Shown: piece after piece, positions 12,074 through 24,830 of the stretch | Layout of the letters: each line of letters opens with the position of its first letter | Numbering within the stretch: the stretch's first letter is position 1 | The notes under the pieces: generated by a model | Database searches by the model: none | Seen by the model: only the letters and a program-made list of their open reading frames with translations | Told to the model about the DNA's origin: nothing | Assembly: GCF_006345805.1 (NCBI RefSeq) | Contig: NC_043011.1 | Coordinates: 33,430,464 to 33,494,463, forward strand | Direction of reading: 5' to 3' | DNA from: Octopus sinensis | Taxonomy: Eukaryota | DNA length: 64,000 bases | Made by a program: the position numbers and the translations under genes

Positions 12074-12264
12074 CACATATGTGCTATGCCTTATCAGTAT
12101 TTATGTAAACTGATGTCTGTCTGTGTGAGTGATGAGGAAACCTGTTCTGAATTGAATGATTTACTCTTTCAGGAATCAAGACAAGTATCTTTTATTTTTT
12201 TCCTATTTAAGGTGAGGTAAGATAAAGTAAGTTGTTCCAGACCACAATGTCATGTTTGTATTTT

Positions 12265-12477
12265 CCCTTTAACATTCAGATTACTCTGTCAAATGTAATG
12301 TCTATTTATTCACATTGTTTTAAATTAATCATGCATTATTTCATAGCTTCAAGATTTTGAGGTTGTGATTTTTTTTTTTTTTAGAATGACATTGTGGGTT
12401 AGGTGTGAGAGGCCAGTTTGAAAACATAAAACAGGTCGAATATTTGAACTGGGTATGATCAGTTTAAATGCTAAGGG
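12265..12477 (+). mobile_element. piggyBac-like MITE (CCC..GGG ends, TTAA)
   Basis: ccctttaacattcag...aatgctaagggTTAA. Homologous to 31649-31859 (-) and 25405-26204. Confidence 0.65.
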
Positions 12478-12665
12478 TTAAAAACTGACCTTATAAACTT
12501 TTTGAACCTAGTCACTTTAGGTTCTCCCAGAATAATAATAATAATGTAAAATTGCTTAAAGAAATGTTTATTTTTCACACATATATTTATAATATTTTTG
12601 TTTTTGAGTTTTTCTGCTAATTGAGTTAATATTTATTAAATCAATGATCAAGATATTTTGACTAA

Positions 12666-12700
<35 letters not shown>

Positions 12701-12720
12701 TTGTTGTTTATTCTATAAAC

Positions 12721-12749
12721 ACTGACATGATTTTTATTGTTTATTCCAG
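12721..12749 (+). promoter_or_regulatory. Branch point and 3' splice acceptor immediately before the BTB start codon
   Basis: CTGAC at 12722-12726, then T-rich tract ttttattgtttattccAG, then ATG at 12750. Confidence 0.7.
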
Positions 12750-14003
12750 ATGATGGAAGGACCCGTGACTCCTGGTAGCCAAGAGTTTATACTGAAAGAT
12801 GAAGGTACGTTCATATCCAACGTGTCTCGATTTTATAACCAGGAGTCACTCAGTGACATAAAATTGAATGTTGGCAACAAAGTCTATTTTGGTCATAAGT
12901 TTGTCTTGGCCAAGTCCAGTGATGTATTTCGCACAATGCTTTATGAAAGTCGGTGGAAAGAGAAAAGCACTGCAAGCATTGACCTGAATGAGTCTGCCGA
13001 ATGCCAGGCTGTCTTCAATAGGTTTCTTCGCTATCTCTACACTGCTGAAATCAAAATTAATCCGGAATCTGCAGTTGGTGTTCTTTGTCTTGCAGATAAA
13101 TACAATGTTGCATCACTGAAGCATCTTTGTACCAAATATATGGTAGAGAACACGAAATCTCCTAAGGTTCAGAATGCGCTGAATTGGTATTCGTGGGCGA
13201 AGGCCCTACATTTGGAAGACCTTATTGAACAGTGTGCCAAGACGATTGCATGGAATGCAGATAATATCATAAAGTCTCCAGAATGGTTGACCATGGACAA
13301 TGATTTTGTTACTGACCTGTTGCAGAGTTCTAGCTTAGTTGTCACCAACGAATACACATTGTACCTTGCTCTCACACATTGGCTGGAACACCAAGAAACC
13401 TTAAAGCCAAATAGTTATGGAGAGAACGTGCAAAAGTTAATGTCCTTCATTCGTTTTCCACAAATGCTGGTTTCACAACTGTATGACATTGAGAACTCTG
13501 AGATCTCTAAATTGCCCGAGTATAGGACTTTGATGCACCACCTAATCAGCAAAGCATACCGATTTCGTTCGCTGTGTCCAGCACAAAAAGAACTGAAGGT
13601 GTCATTCAACGAACCATTCTACATACCACGTGACTACAAGGAGCTGATGGTGGACAGTGTGCGTATGCACAATACTCACCGGTTTGGCATTCAGGTCGAT
13701 GTCCGAACATACGTTGGCCCTGTGCCTTCCGAAATCAAGGAAGGTGACTGGAAAATTACTTACCGAAAGAATGCTGACCAATGGATATTACAAATCTTTT
13801 GCCATGAGTCTGCCCTTGTCCAAGGGGAGGCAAGGGTAATGTCCAGCTTGATAGTGTATAACGATGATGAAGAAGTCATCCAAGTGGAACAATCCACACC
13901 AACTGTCTGTTCCCGTGGCAACCATATGTCCCATACAATTGATATAATCAACCCTGAGGTTGCCCGGACAATGGCAGTTTTGATTAAACCTGTACCTATA
14001 TGA
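12750..14003 (+). CDS. BTBD17: BTB/POZ-BACK domain protein, BTBD17-like (417 aa, single coding exon)
   Basis: Uninterrupted 417-aa ORF. It has BTB motifs (SDIKLNVGNKVYFGHKFVLAKSSDVFRTML; FLRYLYT; LCLADKYNV) and a BACK-like segment (W..M...DLLQSSSLVVTNEYTLYLALTHWL; IRFPQM). The symbol reflects family resemblance (BTBD17/Tango10-like); orthology is untested. Confidence 0.92.
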   Translation: MMEGPVTPGSQEFILKDEGTFISNVSRFYNQESLSDIKLNVGNKVYFGHKFVLAKSSDVFRTMLYESRWKEKSTASIDLNESAECQAVFNRFLRYLYTAEIKINPESAVGVLCLADKYNVASLKHLCTKYMVENTKSPKVQNALNWYSWAKALHLEDLIEQCAKTIAWNADNIIKSPEWLTMDNDFVTDLLQSSSLVVTNEYTLYLALTHWLEHQETLKPNSYGENVQKLMSFIRFPQMLVSQLYDIENSEISKLPEYRTLMHHLISKAYRFRSLCPAQKELKVSFNEPFYIPRDYKELMVDSVRMHNTHRFGIQVDVRTYVGPVPSEIKEGDWKITYRKNADQWILQIFCHESALVQGEARVMSSLIVYNDDEEVIQVEQSTPTVCSRGNHMSHTIDIINPEVARTMAVLIKPVPI

Positions 14004-14250
14004 GCAAGAAAAAGACAGTACATGTTTGTGTGTGAGATATATATGAAGATATGTCTGAATGGAAGGTATCCAGAATATAAAGAATATGCTACAATCAAAG
14101 TTATTTGAAGGGAAAAGTGCAAAATTACCTAAATTGATAATATTAAAAACAAAGGCAAAAATGAATCCCTTCCCTAAAAAAAAAAAAGAAGACCTTTATA
14201 TTCTGATCCCAATTTTTATTAAATATTTTTGATCAGCTTAAAAACAAACA

Positions 14251-14256
14251 AATAAA
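14251..14256 (+). terminator. Candidate polyadenylation signal of the BTB gene
   Basis: AATAAA about 250 nt after the stop codon, in A-rich context that is weakly diagnostic. Confidence 0.25.
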
Positions 14257-15029
14257 AAAAAAAGTGCCCTTCCCCTCCTGCTCCCCACCAAAAAAAAAAA
14301 CCTTACATGAATACTTCCAGGAACATTCACATGAGTGTGAAGAATGAAATAACTTAGTTTTTTCTAAATTCAAGATATGCTTTTATGCAAATGAGGGGAC
14401 CAAACACAAACACTGAAATAATTATGTTTGTATGTATATGTAATATATTTATATATATATGTTTTCTTTGAAATTTTAAATTCTTTTACACAATTCAAGC
14501 TAGTTGCTAACAAAGTCACCTAGCTTCTTTGTTTGGGTTAATACAATACCAGAGGTTTGTGAACATGCCTGCATACATTTATGCGTGCATACATGTATAT
14601 GTGTATGGCCGTTCTACGTAGGTATTTGTTGATGCACAAATGTGCTCAGACTCATGTAATGGCTGTACATGTGTCTCTTTGGTAACGAATTGTGCACTTG
14701 CTTTTTATTCATGCGTGCCTGCATGTACATGCGATGGTGTGTATATTATGCTTCTATGGAGACTCAAAAGGAGAAGAAAAAAATCTTTTGATTTTGCATT
14801 CGAGTTTCTCGAAGGAAATATATATGCATGTCTTCACTGTACTAATTGGATTTGGAAGGCACAGGTCCATTTTTGTTGTTGGAAAGCCCCAAGCATTCCA
14901 AGCTTTTATGTAAATATTTTGTTACATAACTTCAATGCATGTATGTTAATAGATGCAAATGAAAATTTGTACCTCGAATACAAAATTGACCAGTGATTTT
15001 TTTTTTTCCATTATTTTGAGGCATTCACA

Positions 15030-16290
15030 CCTGCCGGCCAGTTGACCTCCATATCACTGTATGACACTTGTTGTTCAGCTTCGTAGAACAATATGAGGCC
15101 TGTTTTCATTGGAATACTTCATTAATATTCCCTATTTTTAAAAAATGTGGATACATTATGATTCTGGTGTGTCTTTGCTAATGCCACTAGGACAATTCTT
15201 TATATATAGATAAGTATTTTAAAGTTTTGGCAACAACATCATGTCTCATGGCAAAGTGGTACTTTGCAGAAAATTTGGGGAGCAGCTGCTGCTGATATAA
15301 ACAATGTCTTCCACACTGATATGGCACAATCCACATTTCTTTTCCCTGAGGTTTAGTTGGAAAAAAACTTTTATCTCTTGTTGATCAGGCATTTCGTATC
15401 ACACGTACAAGAGAGATAACTCTTCATCTTAATGTTGGAATTTTCAGGTTTACAGGATTACAGGATATGTACTCGTGCATAACTTTCTGTTGCATGTTAA
15501 GTATCCTCACCACCACCACTGAGTTTCTATGTAGCTTAGTCCAGTTGCCCATGATTAACATGGAATAGATGTACACTTAAAATGCTTATTCAGGAGTTTT
15601 CACTTACTGACGATGCTATCAGTTTTATTTTTCTGTACACACATTCTGTTCCCCCTTCATTATCCATTAGGTGTTGTCTGAGGGGTATGATGTGGCTCCC
15701 TTTTTCAGTATTGATGTCCAAACTGCAGATCTCTTCAGCTGTTCAGTGTAATATGCCAAATGTTGGTATTCGTACTAGTATTGCAAAAGCATTATGTTAC
15801 TGAATGAGACTAGCTGTGACTTCCATGCCTTCCAAAGTCAGCTGACAAATTTTTTTCTTGCTCCTGTTTTATTCATAAGCAACAATGCCTGCAGTATTTA
15901 GCATTGATTCCAAAAAACACTTGTTGCCATTGATATCTATATTCCTTGCCTGGTCAACAATTTAGTTTTTGAATTGATTACCAAATATGAACACCCATGT
16001 TCACCTAACTCCATTTCTATGTTCCATGAGAATATTGGGACCAGTATTAATGATATTTCCTGGATATAGCTCCAGAACATCGACCTGTGAGTAGCATGTC
16101 GAACTTCAGCAGTTGAAGCTTTGAAGTGCACTGATCCAAATATCCATGAGTGAGGTAACAGTCAAATGTCTTCATATTTTCTAGCCATATTGTCAGTAGA
16201 CTTAAGTAGTGCTGTTTGGCTTCCTTGAGAACTGTTTTTCCTCCTGCTTGTTCATCAGTCAGCACATAGTTCTGCTGCAATCTTGGAGAA
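15030..16290 (-). mobile_element. Highly decayed R4/Dong/NeSL-type (RLE-encoding) non-LTR retrotransposon
   Basis: Minus-strand frames give, in order: EQAGG, LPHSWI (about 16141-16157), PTFGILH*TAEEI, NEGG..YRKIKL, HGQL, KKCGLCH..EDIVYISSSC..MRHDVVAKT (about 15238-15339), NRPHIV (about 15087-15104), EVNWP. This is the RT-thumb-CCHC-RLE order. Confidence 0.7.
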
Positions 16291-17299
16291 ATTTAATCAA
16301 GCAACCTGTGTATAGCTTATACATAACATTTAGAGACGATATGTGTGTGTAGAAATGTATATACAAATACATTTTGTGTGTGTGTATATATGTATATATA
16401 CAAGTGTGTATGCATATATAAATATATACACACACAAATTATACTGTAGAAGGAGCTAAAGATTAAAATATTTATCTACAGGACATATTTAACATGTGTA
16501 TACAGTTGAAATATCAGAAGCTGCAGTGGTTGTTTGGGGGGAAAAAATTTCTTTATAAATAGTGTGTTAAAAATGTAATATATTTCAGAGCTAGACATGT
16601 GTGCAGCATTGAGAAACTACAAAATTGCTGAAATATGCACCTGCCATTCTTGCAGTTGCTTCTAGGGCAGTTTTGTTTCATCTAGCTTTTGATATGTTTT
16701 TTTTTTTTTAACACATTGCATCTATAAAAGGATCTTTTCTCAGATGATTGCAACAGCCTCTAACATTACAAAGAGATACAGGAGTCATAAGTATGCCATG
16801 TTTTCCCCATCACCAACACAGCCACCTGCACATTAATCATACATCTCTATCATCATGTCTATTCCCTCCCAAACGACTTCAGGCTAGGCTTCTTTTTTTT
16901 CCCTTTTTATCTAACATGTGCAGCTCCACTTCACCATCTTCTTCTTCTCAAAACAAAGTGAAGAAAGAAGATGGAAAAGAGAAAGCAATAAACAAAAAAA
17001 AAATGTAAGAAATATTACACAAAAAAAAATGAACAAAAATAAGCAATAACAAAATTAACCAAAGAAAATAAATTAATAAATCACATACATACTTATGTCC
17101 ATACACATACGTACACACAAGTATTGGTGTATTGAAGAATACAATAATATTGAAATTGTTTTTCGAAAAACTATTATTTCTATAAATTATTGTTAATATT
17201 CTTTATTTCTTTTTGTTGTTTTTTTTATTAATATTATTGATTTTTATTATTATTATTATTGATTTTTATTAATATTATTAATGCTTTGTGGCATTTTTT

Positions 17300-19200
17300 T
17301 TAAACTCCATGTGTCCTGAGTTCAAATTCTGTCAAAGTTGTCTTTGCCTTTCATCCTTTTGAGCTCAATGAAATAAGGATGAGGTAAGCCCTGGGATTAA
17401 TGTGGGCGACTTGCCCGCTTTCCTCAAAATTCCTGGCCTTGTGTCAAATTTAGAATTACTATTTGGTTCTTTACATTCTCGGTAAAAATTCCTCTGGGGT
17501 CAACTCTGCCTTTCATCCTTAGGGGGTCAATAAAATTAAGTACTAGTAAAGTACTGAGGGTTAATGTTATCAACTAGCTCCCTAAAATTGCTGCCCTTTT
17601 ACCTATAATAGGAAGGATTATTATTGTTTTACAGCTGAAGATTGGCAGAAACATTAGTGTCAGACAAAATGATTTGCAGTATTTGTTTTGGTTCTTCATC
17701 TTTTGAGTTCATATCCTATTCAGGCCAACTGTCTTTCATTTTTTTTTTTATACCCTAGGTAGCCCAATTTTTTTTTTTGTTTAATTTACTACCAAAAATA
17801 TTTTATATACAACTTTATCTGATACTAAATACATAAAAAAAATTTATTACAGTATTTGAAAGACACTCCAGTTTTGATGACAAACTAAAGATATCTCAGA
17901 AAAATACAGGTGTTGCAGAAATATGATAGATTATCCTTCTGGTCCCAAAAGAAGGACCATGGATGCTAATGGGTCAAAATCAACCTCAAATGCAATTTAG
18001 GCAACGAAACCTTTCTCCTAAATTTCTGACCGTCTGCATATGTTAGAAATTACTTTTATTAAGGACCACAACATTGCAGAAATGGCTGACTGCTGCACCA
18101 AATGCTCTGCAGTATTGTGTCCTTTCTGTTAACTTTACTTTTTATGGTAAAGTATTTGTCATTTAAGTCAGCTACACTGTTTCCTAATATTGTAGGCATG
18201 GCTGTTGGGGTTAAGAAGCTTGCTTTGTAACTGCATGGTTTTAAGTTCATTCTCATTGCATGGCACCTTGGAAAAGTGTCTTCTACTATAGCTCCAGTCC
18301 GTCCACTGCATTATGAGTGAATTTGGCAGATGGTGTGTGCGTGTGTGTTCCTCCACTGATTGACAGCCAGTGTTTGTTTACGCCCTCATAAGTGAGCAGT
18401 CTGGCAAAAGAAGCTGATAAAATAAGTACTAGACTTAAAAGAATAAGTCCTGGGGTCAGTCCTTTTGACTTAGAATGCAGAGTGTTGCCCCAGCATGGCC
18501 ACACTTTAATGACTGAAACGAGTAAAAGGAAGAAAAAAAGTTTAGTATTATTCTGTACTTGTTGAGTGCATAACAGTTCCTTGTGACTCAGATCTCTAAC
18601 TTGGTTCAATTATAAAATCACTTCACTTCTGCAGCTAATGCTGTCAAAAACACCAAGAAAATTCAAATAGATTATTATTATTATTAAGGTGGCAAGATGG
18701 CAGAATCATCAGCACACCAGGTGAAATGCTTAGCAGTAATTTGTCTGCTGTTACATTCTGAGTTCAGATTCAGTGAAGGTTGACTTTGCCTTTCATTCTT
18801 TCGCAGTTGATAAAATTAGTACTAGTTACACACTGGGGTTGATGTAATTGACTTAATCCCTTCCCCCAAATTTGAGGCCTTGTGCTTCCAGTTAAAAGGA
18901 TTATTATTATTTCCTACCACCACATCACTCAATTCCAATATAAAGGATCTTTTGATTTTAGTTGTAAATATATTTAGTTCCATAAAGGAGGTGAATTGAC
19001 AGAATTATTAGCACGCCAGGCAAAATGCTTTGTGGAATTTCATTCGCCCTTATGTTCTGAGTTCAAATTTCACCGAGGTCAACTTTGCCTTTCATCCTTT
19101 CAGGGTCAATAAAATAAGTACCAGTTGATCACTGGGGTTGATGTAATCGACTTGACCCCTCCCCACAAATTACTGGTTTTGTGCCAAGATTTAAAACCAA
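17300..19200 (+). mobile_element. Cluster of decayed SINE-B copies (about 17300-17620, 18688-18910, 18985-19200) and one SINE-A (about 18195-18530)
   Basis: Repeated ttctgagttcaaatt..g(t/c)caactttgcctttcat cores with CpG decay. Confidence 0.7.
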
Positions 19201-20139
19201 TATACTTAGTCCCATTCCATTTATGTTTTGAATTCAAATCTTGCCAAGGTAAGGATATAGATGGAGTCAGCTCTGCTTTTCACCATAAAGTAGGATGCTA
19301 GCAACAGTTGACATGATAAACCAAGAAATATTTTTATCATTAACCCTATTTTATACCAATATCTACAACTGTAGGCTCTGCATATTATTTACCGCAATAA
19401 GTTACTGTCAATTGGCAAGCTTAAACTGTGTTATACACTTGTATGGCTATTCAATTCATTTTTGGTGAAAAATCAGATTGTAGTCATTTAACGTTTAAAC
19501 GTTTTTTTGTTTGCTTGCATACTTGGAAAAATGAAAAACATGAATAGTATTATCCTTTTGTTGCAAAACTATTTTATAAACATGTATTTTTCTTATGTGA
19601 CGGAGTAAAAGCAATAGATTTGCTCAGTTACAACACAGTTTGTTGTATTTTCCAAGTTTAATCCCACGTCATCTTAATGTCTACAGATGTAGACCACTTC
19701 GAGAAAACAGGGACCCTTTAGTTCAATGAAGTTGAAACTTCACCAACATCTAAGGTTGATAAAAGCAAGCTTGAGTTCCTAATTTCATAGGTTTTAATAG
19801 ATTCTTTGTGCTTTAAAATCACACTATTAATGATGTAATAAGCCATTTCCTGAATCAGTCATTCTCAAACGGTGTACCACAAGAGATATCTAGGTGCACC
19901 ATGGCTGTTTAAAAGTATTTAAGGATTTAGTAAATCCATGTGGATGTTTGAGCACTTTATGAAATGTGTTATTCATAATTTAATCAGGGATTCTTAAATG
20001 GTGCATTGCAGTGCAATGGTGTGTCACAGATTTTTAGAAATATATTTTAAGTCTTCAGAAAATCCATACCAGTGCTTCAAGACATAATTTTTGCCATACA
20101 TAAATATGATTATTAAAATAAGGTAAGCAATAAGTTTCT

Positions 20140-21258
20140 ATCTTTTACTTGTTTCAGTTATTGGACTGTGGCCTTGTTGGAGCACCATCTTGAAGAGTTT
20201 TAGTCAAACAAATAAATGCCAGTACTTGGCTTTAAAGCCTGGTACTTGTTCCCTTCATCTCTTTTTTTACCAAAACAATAAGTCACTGGGACTTCAAGCA
20301 ACAACAGTTGTTAAATGGGGGACATACACAGACAACAGGCCTTTTAGTTTCCATCTACTGAATCCACTCTGGTTGCCCCAGGACTATATAGTAAATGACA
20401 CTTGGTGCCATATAGTTATGAAGTAAGCATCTTACTCACCCAACCATTCCTGCATATATATATATAATTATAATTAAGGGTACCAATTAGGCACCACCAT
20501 GCCAGATATAGCAGTTAAAACTATAGAACAACATCATGTATTCATATAGCACAGGTGATAAGATAAATGAACAAAGAAATTAGCCAAAATTGAATATATA
20601 TATATATGTGTGTGTATATGTATGTATATTTCTAAACTTTTAGTATCAAAACATTATTTTACATTTTAATTTTTCATATGAAGGATACTGCTTTTTCTGA
20701 CTTGTACAAAATCGCTTTTTGTTTTATCTGCAGTGAGTAACAAAAACAAAATGAGAGAGTACTACTGATCTAAATGGATAATTTTGACAAAATAAAAATT
20801 AAAAAAAACACAAATAGCTCAGTACTAAGAATAGAATTTTTGTTAATTAAAAATTCTTAGTTCATCTCGTCAAATATCAATAGAGCCTACTTTGCTACTA
20901 AGTTTTCATACAACAAGCATCTTTGGATAATTTTTGTTCCTAGCCATTCACTGGTCCTTATATCAGTACTTTTTTTGTTTCGTTAAGTCTGGTACTTATT
21001 TTATCAGTCTCTCTTTTAGTGAAGTGTTAAGTTCTGATGATGTAAACAAACACCAGTTGTTGAGTGGTGGTGAAGAACAAAGGCAAACGTAGATATGTTT
21101 ATGACAGGCTTCTTTCAGTTTCTCTCTGCCAAATCCACTGTCAAGGATTTGGCTGGCCTAGGGCTATAGTAGAATACCCTTGCCCAAGGTGCCATGCTGT
21201 GGAAGTGAACCTGAAACCATATGGCTGGCAAGCAGACTACTTACCACACAGCCATGCT
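20140..21258 (-). mobile_element. Two decayed SINE-A copies (about 20140-20452 and 20960-21258)
   Basis: cttttacttgtttcag...; ggcttctttcagttt...ccaaggtgccatg...ttaccacacagcca. Confidence 0.7.
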
Positions 21259-22318
21259 CACGTTTCTCATATTTTTAGTCTAGGGTAAAGGTTGTGACCT
21301 ATGACCTTTATAGGTTCTCAATGGTTGGATAAATATAGTTGGTTTGTATAGGAAAGAAATGTGGGCAAGCCAGTAAGGGAGCATATGTGGTCGTTTGATA
21401 GGCTAGAAATAACAGTCAAATCTCCATCATAGTATATGCTACAGTCTTAAGGAAAGGAAACCCTAGAGATTATGGTCCTAGATAAATCGCTATAAAGACA
21501 GGATGATTAGGGTTGAAATGTCTTACTCATGTCTGCTTGGTCATTACAGAACTAGGGTCCAACAACAATAACATGTAGTGAATTCTAGTAAGGAAAGATT
21601 AAAAAATGGGGGAGGGGAGAATTGGTTGAGGTGGTACATACCTAGCAAGTACAGATATTTAAAATAAAATGAGCTAAGGGAAATAACTCAAACGGGCCAA
21701 TGTTATTTATTGGGATAAATAAGTTAAGGCACTATGTACTGAATGCCATTTGCAAAGAGAGCTCATTGAAATTTCCACTCTTAGATGGGAAATGAAAGCC
21801 TAACTACAACAGTTAACAATTCTGGAAAGGGGAGATAATTTTAAGGCATTAAGAATTAATCCTTATCATTTAACGTGTGTTGCCCATGCTGGTATAATCA
21901 AATTCAAAGACTCAATTTTCAAACATCTCACCAAAAATGGTATATTACTAAACTTAATCATGCCTTTAAATCAATATATAAATAGACTTAAGTGGCTATC
22001 TATGAGCCAAGAAAGAAACTTTCTATGGTCACTTGATTTGCTGAAAATAGCAGCCAAATTTCCCTTAATTCACAACCTACCATTTTACATGCAGGAACAG
22101 AATTTATTTGCTATATGTCTGAAAAAAAACATAATGGCCATGTTCAAAACATCAATGATTATGTGCACACATGCATATGATACAATATATAATAGTGCCA
22201 GTGTTTACTGTTAGATGCATGACTGTTACTGATGAATTTAGGGTTCCATATTGAATATAATCTTCCTGTCTACTTTGAGTAAAGTGATGTGGTTACTATA
22301 TATATATATATATACATA

Positions 22319-23568
22319 CAGGATGAGGTGAATAAATTATGCAAATATGAAAATAACACTTTCAACTCATTTTAACAGGTATATTTATCAAAATTACATA
22401 AAAATATTTTGAAATGCTAAAGAGTAAATTTATTCAATAAAATCATCATTGGCTTCAACCACAGCCTCTAGATGCCTTCTGAATCTCCTGCAACTCTTCT
22501 AGACAGTCTCCTTGATTAAGTTGTTGGATGGTGCCATAATCCTTGCCTTCAGTTCATCTTTGGTGTTATAAGCAGTTTTGTTGGTCTCTCACTCAAATGC
22601 TCCCCACACACAATAACCAAGGGGGTTGCAGTCTAGGGAGTTAGGTGGCCAGATGTTAGGAGTTGATGTGGTCACAGAAATTGTCTGACAGCCATGACTG
22701 GGTTCTCCTGCTTGTGTGTCATGGTGCAGAGTCCTGTTGCCAGACATAGGGTCTTCCAGCAGTCACCCTCTTGATCCAGAGCAGCACTACCTCCTCCAGG
22801 CACTTGATGTAGGCCTCCATGTTGAGTCTGAAGCTGTGTGGGAAGATGAATGAAGGCATAACATCGCCATCACTAGTGATCACTCCAAACACCATGATGT
22901 TGACTGGATGTTTGATTTTTTATCACTCTTGGTACATGTTTTGGGGATACAGCAAGCCAATGGTTGTTCTGTATGTTCACCATCTGATCCTGGCAGAAAT
23001 TTTTCTTGTCTGAGAAAAACCAAAGCATGTTCGGTTGGAGGGGATGTTTGAGTTTGTTGAAAAACTTTGTAGTGCAGTTTTTCTTTTTGTCCTTGATGGC
23101 TTGGGATGAAAATTGGCCATTTCTCATTTTGTATAAGAAATACCGAATGTCTTTATGCACTCCCTGCCTGATAAGAAACTCAGACTCACATGTTCCTGGC
23201 AATGGACCTGATTGAATTGGAGGGATCATTGTTAATCGTGGTCTGGGTCTCACCAACAAATTCAGGAGTTCTTTTCTTATCAGAACAAAAAGAGTGGGTT
23301 TTCCAAGCTGCCAACTCTTTCCATATCCTCTGCATTGTCCTCAGATTGACACACTGAAATGTTCATATTGAAGCTTCCGGCATTAATGCCAAGCAGTACA
23401 GCATGTCATTTCCAAATTTCTGACAGAGTGAATTGTGTCATAGTGCTGTTTTTCTCACAGACAGTGCCCAACTGACCCAACGATAATATGTAGTTGATAA
23501 AGTCAAAAACAATGTGCAAACACGAAATAAAAAATATAAAATAGCAATAATTTACCCATTGCACCCTG
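22319..23568 (-). mobile_element. maT-family (DD37D) Tc1/mariner transposon, full length, inactivated
   Basis: Degenerate TIRs caggatgaggtgaataaattat / ataatttacccattgcaccctg with TA on both sides. Frames give LWFFSDKKNF, QQDSAP*H, WPPNSLDCNPL; stops and frameshifts present. Confidence 0.85.
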
Positions 23569-24447
23569 TATGTATGTGTGTGTGTATATATAGAGAGAGG
23601 CACAAGGTTGGTTGTGTAGGAATGGTGATTGCTTTGTAATCTCACGACTGAGTTCTATCTCACTGCATGACACCTTGAACAAATATCATCTCCCACAACC
23701 TTTGGGCCCAACTAATTCCTTCTGAGCTGTATTAGTAGACAGAAACTGTATGGAAGCCTATCAAGTGTGTGTGCTTGTGTAAACATCGATATTTCATGTC
23801 TTTGCATGTCACCATCTGAGCAAAATGGTAATGCCTTGACTACATTCCCTGCTTATGATACATCTTGTCGCTTCATACTTTCAAAGACCAGTAGAATGTA
23901 AAATCAGTTTCTTAAAAACAGTTAAAAGGTTGGTGACTATAAAATACTGTCTCAAGTTTCCATCCAACTCATGCTAACAGGGAAAAACAGACGTAAAACA
24001 AACAAACAATGGAATTGTATATTAGAAAAAGAAATAACATATTATATATCGGTTTATTATGCGCTATTACAAGTATGGTTGTATGCTTAAAATGCTTGCT
24101 TCCCAACCATGTGGTCTCAGGTTCAGTCCCACTGCACAACACCTTAGGCAAGTACTTTTTACTGTAGCCCCTGCCAAACTAAAGTCTCATGAGTAGTTAT
24201 GTGAAATTTAACAAATAGGGGCTTAACGGGTGAGATGACGAAGTAGAATTAAGATAAAAGGAAATAATAGTAGATTAGAGACCTGATTAATCTGTATGAC
24301 TGTATGGGAGAACAGAGCTTAAATGATTGATTCATCACCATTTTGTGTAAAAATAATTATTTGTTCATTTGTTTTCCATGCTTGTATGAATGGAAATAAT
24401 TTCTATGGTTGGGTGACTTTCATTCTGCTTATCACTGACAGGAGTAA

Positions 24448-24830
24448 CTTCCTTACTTGTACTTTTGGCTACATTCACCCTGGGCGGGTTGAGTCGGCTT
24501 CTTCTACTCATGGAAGAAGTTTCGTGGGAATATGTGGATTTCACAAGCGGTCCCCCACAATCCCGCATGTGGAGACATCCTGTTTGCTGCAGATTGTCCG
24601 CAGACGCAAGAACAGAACGACTGAGGAGCTGCCGGTTGCCGAAGCAAACACTCCAAGTATTTTCACCAGAGCTCCGTCTGCCGGGTTGTGGCCTTAATAC
24701 CACTCGGTGCCAGACCAATCCGCCTTGGGTGGCCCTACCAGGAACTGAAGTTCCCAACGGCATAGCTCTGACACTACCCGTTGCCAGCGTTCCCACCACG
24801 GTGAGGAGGGGATGGACTTTGGGGACACAT
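24448..24830 (+). mobile_element. RTE-clade 5'UTR-like insert with 8-bp flanking direct repeat
   Basis: GC/CpG-rich island. ccctaccagg...catagctc...ccaccacg..aggagg resembles RTE (Rex3/Expander-type) leaders as recalled. aggagtaa at 24440-24447 and 24831-24838. Confidence 0.55.

Noticed and set aside
16047-16280. 77-aa minus-strand ORF as a host exon
   Set aside because: It is a frameshifted part of the RLE retrotransposon fossil.
20715-20770. Acceptor-like ttttatctgcag followed by a short open frame
   Set aside because: Only 11 codons, no homology and no partner exon found.
24621-24650. Hammerhead-like CTGAGGA...CGAAG
   Set aside because: GAAG instead of GAAA, weak stem II, and no stem I or III partners.
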